The notes beneath the pieces were generated by a model. That model ran no database searches and was not told where the DNA came from. It saw only the letters and a program-made list of their open reading frames with translations. The translations under genes and the position numbers were made by a program. A stretch of DNA of 64,000 nucleotides, taken from NCBI GenBank assembly GCA_012295275.1, contig CM022665.1:20894001-20958000 (forward strand), read 5' to 3'. Position 1 is the stretch's first letter; every line of letters begins with the position of its first letter. Below are positions 1 to 10,364 of this stretch, piece by piece. Source of the stretch: Chrysomallon squamiferum. Taxonomy: Eukaryota > Animalia > Mollusca.

Positions 1-549
1 GTATTCTACATTCAATTATGTTCATATTAGAGTCTTGTGCGTCTACTTACTGACTCGGAAGTCTAACAGAAAACATTTACAGGATGACCTGTGTAGAATT
101 ATTATTTTAAATACAATTATTATCTGTTTCTTGTCATGAAAAAAGTGTGGTTAGTTTGCCATTTACATCCTAATTAAAATGTCATGATATATATCTGCCA
201 GTTGTGTATTTAATGTTGTTCTCTATAATTGACAAAATACATGGAAAAAATAAAAATATTAATAAGAAGAAGAAGAAGAAGAAGAAAAATAATATGAAAG
301 ATTTAAAAAGTGATTAAAAACCTATATTAAAAATGTTCAAGTGAATTAAAACATTTGTGATGTCTTGGATTATAATACATACATTTTTTCTTCTATGTTC
401 TTTGACACAATGTGAAGAGGATTTATAAACTGAAGTGACTTTAGTTCTTTTTTCTTCTTAAGGAAGGAAAACAAAACTAATTAAAGTGCTGCTGTCAGCT
501 TGTATTTGTTATTTTAAATTTCTATGGCCATCAAGACATAACCGAATAA

Positions 550-588
<39 letters not shown>

Positions 589-1480
589 AAATAAATAAAT
601 GGAATCAAAACAAGAATAAAAACATTATTTTTTTATTTTTAACTTAAACAATTATAATAATTTAAAAATTCATATTCACAAATTTTTTGACTGATACTAT
701 ATCAGCTGTCAGATCTTAAAACCAGAAATTTACCCTAACAGCAAAAAAAAAACAACAACAAAAAACAAACATTTATGTTATTGCACCATGTAAAAATATG
801 TAAATTCAAAAGCATTTCATATAAAATAATTTAAATACAAAATGTTTATAAATCTGGTGTATTTGAATTATATAAAATTATTTAAAATATAGATTTAAAA
901 ATATTTGTGTAGCCATTTACAAGTACATATATCAATGATTCTGAAATTATTTCAATATATTAATAAAATCACAAAGCACATATTAACACCAATTTTCTAA
1001 TTAAAAAATGGTTTTATTAAAATTATTTGCTAATTGTTTTGTATATATATATATATATGATTACTTATATTAACACCTGTTCTCTAATTATAAATGTATG
1101 TAATAATAAAACCTTTTGAACTAAAAAACTAACAAAAAATAAATGTTTAATTAATAAACATCAGCATACATCTGTATGTATTAACCTATACTAACCTTTA
1201 GTAAACAAATCATTTTTGTTGAACTGTCAAATATTGTGATTTCTCAATAAATCAACATGACTAGCTATTATGATAAAAGAATTTATCAATGTACAAGCAG
1301 AATAAATATTAAAAAAATGTTAAAAATTTTGGTAACAATATATATACACACTATTATTATACTGGTTGTTACTGTTACTACTATTGTTGTTGTTATGTTT
1401 TGCTAAACATTAAAAAAATTTATGACAAATTTATGACAAATATTTTTTTTTATTTATAAATTGTTTTAATTTTTAATTTA

Positions 1481-1531
<51 letters not shown>

Positions 1532-1885
1532 TATTTTCATTTATTTTTTTATTTATTTATTTATTTATTTTTTTGTACCCTTTTTCACCAATAAATAAGA
1601 ATGTATGTACAAAGATTTTTGCAGTAATTAATTAGGTAGGAAAATAATTATAATTATCGAGAGAATGAAGTGGAATGTAGTTCATTTGAGCAAAGTACAG
1701 TGATGAACCAGCAATATATTTTAATTAACTTCAAGAAAGTATTTTTAAATAATAATAATAATAAATAAAAACAACAGAACCCAATTAATTCATTTCTCTA
1801 TCCTCTGAGATAAATAAAATTATTATAAAGAGCATTCTTCTCTATTCTCTTTATCTTTTTATGTTTTGGTTTTCATCATCTGTTC

Positions 1886-1955
<70 letters not shown>

Positions 1956-2053
1956 TTTTTTTTTTTTTTCCTGAAATAAATATTTTCTATTAAAGGACGT
2001 CATTCATTCATATAATACTGTTAAGGGGAAAGGTTATTTTTGAAAAAATATGC

Positions 2054-2108
<55 letters not shown>

Positions 2109-2133
2109 CGGTAACAGTCGTAATCATTTAAAA

Positions 2134-2847
2134 TTAGACACAATTTGGAGGTTTCATCTCTAGCCACCAATCATCTGGGTAAAGATATTTCAGTATTTCT
2201 ATGTTTTCATGTGGCACAGGCACAGGTTTACCGTACAACGTGGCTGTAGGAAATGGTGCCTCTAACAAACCTGACGGAAATGATATTGGTTTTGACTGGA
2301 ACCACCATAAAAGATTAATTAACCATCCAGTCCTAAACATTTCGCCATAAAATGTCGCTAAAAATACTGTCACGTAACCAGTAGCACTGCCGTATTTTAC
2401 TTCGTAATGGCCGTATCCCGAGTTATAAGATATGGATAATTTGTTTTTCATAAACAAATCTTTCACGTTTTCATACTCCACCTTGTTTATATCTGCGTAT
2501 TTAACACAGAAATCGACGTTATTATCCCACGGCAGAAGTTGTCCATTTCTCAGCGTTCCCCATAAAGTGCCGTAACATACAGCATGTGGAATGTGTAGTT
2601 CACTTAAAGCTTCGTGCATTTTGAACACAAGAATCTTCATGTCTTTTAGTACGGACTCAGGCATATTGCAGGGTGCAGGTTTATAATACCATTTCTGATC
2701 TGGCATTTTGAAATACGATAGAGAAGTGAACGAAACAAGTAGGAAGCACGTCAAAAATCCGAACAGCAAAACAATAATGCACGTTTTTCTCCACGAAATA
2801 CGACACATTCTGTACAAAATAGTTATAACTGTAGTAGCTGTTCCCAT
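2134..2847 (-). CDS. LicD / fukutin-FKRP-like nucleotidyltransferase-fold protein, single coding exon, 237 aa, predicted type II membrane protein
   Basis: Uninterrupted ORF. N-terminal hydrophobic anchor (CIIVLLFGFLTCFLLVSF) preceded by basic residues. LicD-family motif CYGTLWGTLRNGQLLPWDNNVDF (compare GSLLGAxR...PWDxDxD). C-terminal GKPVPVP...LKYLYPDDWW typical of the family. Confidence 0.85.
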   Translation of the reverse strand: MGTATTVITILYRMCRISWRKTCIIVLLFGFLTCFLLVSFTSLSYFKMPDQKWYYKPAPCNMPESVLKDMKILVFKMHEALSELHIPHAVCYGTLWGTLRNGQLLPWDNNVDFCVKYADINKVEYENVKDLFMKNKLSISYNSGYGHYEVKYGSATGYVTVFLATFYGEMFRTGWLINLLWWFQSKPISFPSGLLEAPFPTATLYGKPVPVPHENIEILKYLYPDDWWLEMKPPNCV

Positions 2848-3861
2848 GACATATAAAATTATATTTATATACTTGAAAAAAGAAGGGAGATTTGTCTGTC
2901 ACTACTTTTTCATCATAGTAAAAATGTGGTTTACCTTTTCATCTCATAAAAAGAATAACATTTTTTGTCTAATGCCATCTTAATTAAATATTATTTTAAA
3001 AATATTAAGAATAAACAGCCAGATGTTTTACAGTCATGATTGTTATATTTGCATACTTTGGTACAATGTAAACATAAGTTAATATAAAATTAATATTATG
3101 TGCATGCATTAATAATAATAATAGTGAGAAGATAGGCGTTGTTTTTGCATAACCTCTGTCCTTGCAGTTCGGAATATTTCGGTACGCTACGATTATGCCA
3201 GAAACAAAAATTAGATTTAGTCTTTCCGGAACATTCCTTCCGGATATTGTCGTAATAGTGCAAAATACGGTATGAATTAAATTCGTAAGTTCTAATTGTT
3301 CTGCATAATATCCTAATGGTTGATTCAATTTAATATTTTCCAACATAACTATCCTCTCTAGAAATTAATTTATTAAATTATTATTACCAACAATCGTAAA
3401 CGTTATTGAGAAAACAAAACTCGACGAACTTCGAATGTGATTTTGCGGATAGTTGTAATATTGTGTTAGTATTTTTATTTAATTTATAATTTTGTTTAAT
3501 GCATTTCTCTACGAAACTAATATATTATATTAATTAAGTATGTATCATTTTAGCTAGGAAAGGAAATATTTTAGAACAGCGGCGATATAAATCATGAATA
3601 CCACAAAACAATAATAATAATTACATAATTTATAAAACATTTTATGAGAGAGAGAGAAAAAAACGTTTTTACAAATAAAAGTGGAATGTAAAACTTTTTG
3701 AATTTCAGGTCCACAGTCTAATTTATATCTGTTAAAAATCACCGTCTGAAATCATAAAAATGATTTTTAAAAATGTAGTTTCTGAATATTTTCTTACTTT
3801 GATATTTGGAATTATTTCATAAAAACATTATTAAAATAATATCTATCTTTCTTTATAAACA

Positions 3862-3898
<37 letters not shown>

Positions 3899-3960
3899 GA
3901 TGTTTTTGTTGTCCTATTATTTGTAAATATGATATTTATTTATTTTTTTACTTATTTCAG
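2848..3960. promoter_or_regulatory. Candidate bidirectional promoter region between the LicD-like gene and HTATSF1
   Basis: The start codons are divergent and about 1.1 kb apart. CpG is locally retained at about 3130-3450, with ETS-like TTCCGG/CCGGAA cores near 3224-3244. The TSS positions cannot be determined from sequence. Confidence 0.5.
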
Positions 3961-3981
3961 TAGCGTACAAATCTGAACAAA

Positions 3982-4122
3982 ATGAGTGATGATTTTGAAG
4001 AGCAGCTTCGCTTAGAGGCAGAGGAACAGAAGAAGGTGCAGCACACTGGAGAGGGGACGTACACTGACAGTGATGGGACTCAGTTTGAGTGGGATCCTGT
4101 CAAAAAAGCCTGGTTTCCAAAA
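3982..4122 (+). CDS. HTATSF1: HTATSF1 (TAT-SF1) first coding exon
   Basis: MSDDFEEQLRLE...YTDSDGTQFEWDPVKKAWFPK matches the conserved TAT-SF1 N-terminus. Acceptor ttatttcag at 3960 implies an upstream non-coding exon. Donor AAA|gtaaga at 4123, phase 0. Confidence 0.92.
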
Positions 4123-4609
4123 GTAAGAAACACAAAGTTTGTTCTTTCAATTTTCATCCTTGCTTTCTGGGAGTCAAATATCACATTTGTTGATATTTAA
4201 ATGTTGTATGATATTTCTTGTTCCCATCATTTTCTTGTATTCTGGATAAAGAATTGTGTGTCATGGTTTATCAAAAATAAATATAAAAATTATTTATAAT
4301 TTTTGTCTAAGATGTTAACAGATGTTTTCAGCAGTGAAATAAATCCAGTTTACAGCTTAATATGTACACATTTATAGATATGTCTTAACATCAGACAAAT
4401 CAAATCACAATAATATGCTTTTACATCATTCAGCCCTTATTATTATTTTGTCTATTGTTTTAAATCTGTGATGATATTCTGAGAAAGTCTGAAGGGATTA
4501 TGTAATGGGAGATAAATAACATGGGGTTAAAAAGTACACTGTAGGCTCACACATTCTAACAGTTGTTAGAAAAAAGAATCATTTCAGTGTTGTCACTTTT
4601 TTGTTTGTA

Positions 4610-5176
4610 CAGTGGTACCTTGTCGTGGTTACCTTGTCACTATTGTGTTATGCTCACGTTTTGTGCAGTATTTTGCAAAAAAAATTATTTCTAACCCTGG
4701 ATCCTAAGAAAGTGAATAAAAAGGAAAGTGCTGAGAAGAAGCGGATGATGTCCATTGAATTAAAGCATGAAATTATAGAAAAACGTGATGAGATTTGCAT
4801 GTAGTCAACTTGGCTTGGTAGTATTTCTACGATGTGTACCACACTGATGCAGAAGGAGTTGATAAAGGCTATAACTCCAGCCAAAGGCTTTAAAGTAATT
4901 TATCTGATCTCCAAGATAAATACACTTTACAAAACCAGTTTATTTCTTTACATTCTCTGTTCCTTTGTTTTTTTATACAATATTTGTCATTTGTAAATAC
5001 ATTTTTCTTATTTAGAAACGCGTTAAAAAAAATGTGGGGTGGTTATTGGAGGGGCTGGAACAGATTACTGGTATTTCAATAAACTTCAGTTGGGGAAAAC
5101 TGATTTGATATATGAGCAAATTGAGTTACGAGCTCGGTCACAGAACGAATTAAACTTGTAAGTCAAGGTACCACTG
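4610..5176 (+). mobile_element. Internally deleted Tigger/pogo-type (Tc1/mariner superfamily) DNA transposon in an HTATSF1 intron
   Basis: Perfect 13-bp TIRs CAGTGGTACCTTG (4610-4622) and CAAGGTACCACTG (5164-5176), flanked by TA on both sides. Internal decayed transposase N-terminus DPKKVNKKESAEKKRMMSIELKHEIIEK / STMCTTLMQKELIKAITPAKG (CENP-B/TIGD1-like HTH) with a stop and a frameshift. Confidence 0.88.
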
Positions 5177-5319
5177 TATATATATTTCTTTTGTTTGTTT
5201 TTAATATTTATGGACAGATAGACATACAGACAGATTTGCATTAAACCTGTTTGTCAGTGAAAAGTGTAACTATGTACTGATTATACTGGTAATTTTTATC
5301 ATTGAAAAATGAATTTCAG

Positions 5320-5720
5320 ATTGATGAGGACTTCATAGCTCAGTATCAGATGAATTATGGCGTAACACAGACGACAGACAGCTCTGACAAAAGTGGAGAG
5401 CAGCAACCAGCAGAGGGGTCAACGAGTAAAGAGCATGAGGACTACTGGAGGGACTATTACAATTACTACTACCACTACAACCAGGCTGGGTCTAGTGTGA
5501 AAAATGGAAAAGGGAATAAAAAGGCTGAGACGGCGGTGGATTATACGAGTGACGAATATTGGGATTATTATCGGTATTATTATGATAATGAGGGAGAGGA
5601 AAATGACCAGCAGAATGAGGAGAAAGAAAAGGAAGTTGGTGCCACAGATCAGGAGGAAGGAAGTAAAACAGAAGAAGAGAAATCGGAAGAATCAGCAGGG
5701 CAGAAGAGAAAAGCTATTGA

Positions 5721-5722
<2 letters not shown>
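5320..5722 (+). CDS. HTATSF1: HTATSF1 coding exon 2 (IDEDFIAQYQMNYG...GQKRKAIE)
   Basis: Acceptor tttcag at 5319. IDEDFIAQYQMNYG continues the conserved KAWFPK-I(T/D)EDFIAxYQxNYG motif. The 3' boundary is inferred from the phase-1 requirement of the next exon; the donor is anomalous (see findings). Confidence 0.85.
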
Positions 5723-5754
<32 letters not shown>

Positions 5755-5796
5755 CAGTACCTTTAGCAAAGCAGTGATCATTATTCATCTCTGATT

Positions 5797-6185
5797 ATGT
5801 TTTCAGATATTAACTAAATCTGATATATTAACATTTAAGTGTTTTACGATATTTAACCAGATCTTTGTTCATTTTACTTGGTATATAAATATTAAAATAT
5901 TTTGAGATATTTACTAAATTTGGTAAATTATTCATTTAATGTGAAAATGTTTTGAGATATTAACTAAATCTGGAATATTGATGTTAAATTGTTTTGAGGT
6001 ATTAACAAAATCTGGCATATTAATGTTATAATGTTTGGAGGTGTTAACCAAATCTGGTATAAATATTTAAGTGATATATGATTTTTAACCATTTCTTGAT
6101 TCATTTTATTTACTAAATTTGGTAAATTAATGTTAAAATGTTTTGAAGTGTAACTAAATTTGGTATTTCAGTATTTAACTTCTAA
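5797..6185. repeat. Degenerate AT-rich minisatellite (about 40-45 bp unit) in an HTATSF1 intron
   Basis: Recurrent GTTTTGAGATATTAACTAAATCTGG-like units near 5799, 5900, 5949, 5991, 6033 and 6140. Confidence 0.7.
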
Positions 6186-6239
6186 ATATGTTGTGACTTT
6201 AGCCAGTTACTTATTCATTTATGTTTCTGATTCACACAG

Positions 6240-6442
6240 GCTGGTTTGAACATGACTCGGAGAAGAGTCAACATGTGTATGTTTCCGGACTTCCTACTGA
6301 CATTACTGATGACGAGTTTAATGAACTGATGTCAAAGTGTGGACTCATCATGTATGACCCTTTCACTCACAAACCTAAGCTTAAACTCTACAAAGACTCA
6401 AACAAAAAACCAAAAGGAGATGGACTTTGTTGTTACATAAAG
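6240..6442 (+). CDS. HTATSF1: HTATSF1 coding exon 3 (RRM1 N-part)
   Basis: Acceptor cacacag at 6239. GWFEHDSEKSQHVYVSGLPTDITDDEFNELMSKCGLIM...KLKLYKD...KGDGLCCYIK is TAT-SF1 RRM1. Donor AAG|gtaaag. Confidence 0.93.
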
Positions 6443-6791
6443 GTAAAGTGTTGCATATTTTTAAACTTAAAAATTAAACACATACACACAGAAAAATTAA
6501 AAATAATTTAAAAAATCGTACAAGTTATTAATTATCTTCATTCTGTCTACTGTAACTTGTTATTTCATAAATGTAAAATTACCAGTTGTTTAGAAATAGT
6601 TCCCAAAACCTAGCAGATACATATTTTCTTATTTCATCTAGAGAAACTGATATAATAAGTGATATTCTACACTATTATTTTATGGATAAAAATGACTACA
6701 TTGTCTAACAGATGTCACTAATGTAAACAATCAGTTGTACATGTTTATAACATAACGTGTTGACATGGTATTTGATTTATTGTTTTAACAG

Positions 6792-6958
6792 AGTGAATCA
6801 GTCGACCTCGCTCTACAGATTCTGGATGGGTATTACATTCGAGATCAAATGATCACTGTGGAGAAGGCAAAGTTTGAAATGAAAGGCTCATTTGATCCCA
6901 ACAAGAAGAAAAAACTGAACAACAAACAGAAGAAAAAACTGAAAGAGAAACAAGAAAA
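6792..6958 (+). CDS. HTATSF1: HTATSF1 coding exon 4
   Basis: ttttaacag|SESVDLALQILDGYYIRDQMITVEKAKFEMKGSFDPNKKKKLNNKQKKKLKEKQE. Donor AA|gtaaaa, phase 2. Not in the ORF track; read manually. Confidence 0.92.
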
Positions 6959-7289
6959 GTAAAATTCAACTTGTCTGTTATTTAAATAACTATGTTTTAA
7001 ATTTGATGTGCTAATGTACAGATAATTCATTCTTTGCTTGTCAGCTGCATAATCTCTTCAATATTTCAGTATATTAAAAAGAAGCATTTTTATTCTCATG
7101 TTTATTTTTTGACAAAAATTATTTCCTTTTTATTCCAGATTTAGGATATGCAGTATTTTTCTAAATAACAAAGAAATGCTTATAATTTTTTGGCTTTGGA
7201 CATAAGAATATAAACTAATAAATCATTTTTAGAAAGACAAGATAATAAAAAAGAACTAAATAACTAACAGAACAATTTTTATCACTCAG

Positions 7290-7389
7290 ATTGTTTTCTT
7301 GGTTACCTGATGAACCAGCTGCAGTGACCAGAAAGAAACATGAACGTACAGTCATTCTCAAACATATGTTTGACCCTAAAGAATTTGAT
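7290..7389 (+). CDS. HTATSF1: HTATSF1 coding exon 5 (start of RRM2/UHM)
   Basis: cactcag|(K)LFSWLPDEPAAVTRKKHERTVILKHMFDPKEFD|gtaagt. Matches the TAT-SF1 HERVVIIKNMFHPxDF-type motif, and phases are consistent. Confidence 0.92.
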
Positions 7390-9027
7390 GTAAGTATATA
7401 TATTGATTTATATTATTTACCTTAAACACATTTTATATTACTTCTCTCAAATATGTGTTTGACCCTAAAGGTTTTGATACAGACTTTTATATTATTTCTC
7501 TTAAACATATTTGACCATAAAGAGTTTGATATTTTTTATTATTTCCTGTGTGACAGCTGTAAACATTGATTTTGTAAGGTGAATGTTTGTGTGTCTTTGT
7601 TATGAGTGTTCATTCAGTGTATACAAAATACATTTACTTTACTTTCTATACTGATAAATGGTTAAACAGTTGTCATCTAGGAACAACTCAGGTGGTAAAT
7701 CTGGCACAGTATTTTTCACTCTCCTGCCTTTTAATCTTTTTCACTTTAATTGCTTGTTTTGGTTTCATGTGACAAACCCCTTTGTTGTTGTTTTTTCTCA
7801 GTACACTGTGCATAAATCTAACATTTTGATACCCTTGAACAGTAGCATAACTATTGGATAAAATTACAGGTTTGTTTTCAATTGCAGTAAATTATATTAA
7901 CAGTGTAATTTTATTAACTAGTTAGGTAGTAATATGATAAAAATTGGTGTGTGTGTCAGAGAAATTTCAAGACTTATAACATGAATCTGTGTAGCTTTCT
8001 GTGTCAACTGTTATAAGCTTGTAAATCAGTATGGCTGCAATATGTTGCACAATGGACACCTCAAACAGTCCAGTGACATCAGTGAAAACATGGAGTCTAT
8101 CTGATTTTATTTAGAGTTGTCTTATTGAAACAATTATTTTTAAAAATAAATATTAATCATAATAATGAAACATAATTATCTTTAACGGGAAATATTAGTC
8201 ATTATAAATGTACATTTCTGATTCATGTGAAAAAATGTATTAACTTTGTTCATTGGTTACACTAATTTATGTGTTTATTATTTTATTTTTAAACAGAATC
8301 ATACACACACACACACATATATATAATTTTTATTTTGTTTATTTCTGTTCATTCAGTAAAATTTCATATTCATTTATAAAGTAAATTCACTTCTGACATG
8401 GTTTGAGAAGAAAATATATCTTTGTATAAAAGTAATGATAAATCAGCAAGGAAAAAAGTAATTTTGCTGTACAGTTGCCTCCCTTGGATCACTGATGTAT
8501 TTAAATTACTAAGACATGTAACAAGTAGAACTGTTGTTTGTTGTGTGTCTGTCTGTTTGTTGTTAGTTAGTTTGATGTTACTACAGTTCATAATGTTTAT
8601 TTTTTAATATTTCAATATCATAACAAATATTTGGAGATGAGACAAAAAGAAATATTCTTAAGCTTTACACCTGTATTGGCTTCGTTCAAAAGTTCACAGG
8701 TTTTTAAAATGAAATTCAAAGACATTATTTTCATATTTTTACATAAATGTATTCAAGTGATATTTAGTTCTACTTTTAGAATAGATATACAGATCATATA
8801 TGTCAGTTAAGCATGAAATGAAATCACATGCTCATTGGCCACACACTTAAAAACACTACAATCATTTGCTCCAACCCATATGTTAATGTTAAAACAATTT
8901 ACATAGAGACTCTAATACAGCAATATGTGAAAAGTAAATAAGAAACATATTTAACACATATTAAATTATCTGTAAGAGTCTTAAAATATTTTATGCATCT
9001 CCAGAGAATTTATTTATTTACACCTGC

Positions 9028-9327
9028 CATGGCCGTAACTAGACTCTTTGAAATGATGCAAAAAAACTTAATTGCAGAGCAGGGCAAAACAATTTAGGCG
9101 AGGGATCTGGGGGCTGCCTAATGCATAGATATAAACATATTTATTCAGTGGATATTATCATTTCTGTTAAATAAAGATTTATATTTTATATTTTTTAAAT
9201 AATATCTTTGTATATAAAAAATTCAATAAAAAAAAAAAAAAAAAAATTGTTTTTTTAAAAATCAATAAAAATGTCAATTTTGGTATACAGCATTTGCCTC
9301 ATTTGCCTCAATGTAGTTGTGGCCTTG
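9028..9327. mobile_element. Candidate non-autonomous DNA transposon (MITE), 300 bp, with 5-bp TSD
   Basis: Left end CATGGCCGTAACTA versus reverse-complemented right end CAAGGCCACAACTA (11/14). Direct repeat CCTGC immediately outside both ends (9023-9027 and 9328-9332). Confidence 0.5.
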
Positions 9328-9440
9328 CCTGCATATGCATTATTGTTATCACTAATTGCAGTCATTGAATCATGTAGTCTGCCACTTTCATTTGTGTTTT
9401 TTTGACTACACTTTCTTTATGCTTTACAGAGAAATGTTTA

Positions 9441-9477
<37 letters not shown>

Positions 9478-10320
9478 TATTTATAGCTGTTCTTCCAATA
9501 ATTTTCTAATGGTAATAAACAAACAAAAGTAAATAAATGATTTCAGTAATTTTTAATTTTTATTTTTATTTTTATTTTTATTTTTTTCGTTTCTGAGTAA
9601 ACTTAATGTATTGTCAAACTTCATTATTAGTAAAGTTTGAGCACGAGTGACTATGTATTTACTGCTGTGTGTTTCCACTATATGTTCTCTTTAAGTAAGA
9701 CTTCATTGTTTTTATGCTATGACAGTATTTTGGTTACAATATAACAATACTGTTAGAATGTGGAAAACATAATATGTTGTACACTAATTTTTTCTTACAA
9801 TGTGGAAACATGATTTAAAAGCAGGTTATAACATGTTATACATTATATAGTTTTCTATTGTATGGATGCATTATTACAATGTGGAACTGATAATGTGAAA
9901 TATATAATTAAAAACATGATATAACACACACACATACACACAAATCTGATTATAACATGTTGTCTACATTATAAATTTATTATTACCTTATTTCCCATCC
10001 TGTGAGCATGTTTATCATTTCTCAGTGTGTCTAGATGTAAAGTTAATACATGAAAATATTCTGCCAGTGTAACGAGTCTATAGGGCTGGTTTGTAAGAAC
10101 ACATTGTCAGAATTCTGTGTTAATGAAGGGACCCCAGTGTTGGTGCTGTCCATTTAGCACACAGCTGATGTTGTTGTAGCTGTTCTGTTGATGACATGGA
10201 CACCTATGGGCATGTTGATGACTTTTTGTGTTTTTTGTCAGATAAGACCATCTCTTGTTAATAACAACACAGCGTTCTTGCTCTATAGGCTTTTTGCTGA
10301 AGAGTTGTGTCTTTTTTTCT

Positions 10321-10364
<44 letters not shown>

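Noticed and set aside
2055-2103. Long poly-A run next to the LicD-like stop as a retrogene tail
   Set aside because: The gene is on the minus strand, so the run is poly-T in the sense direction. Long A/T runs are ubiquitous here.
3682-3695. TGGAATGTAAA resembling miR-1
   Set aside because: The match stops at 11 nt and there is no complementary arm.
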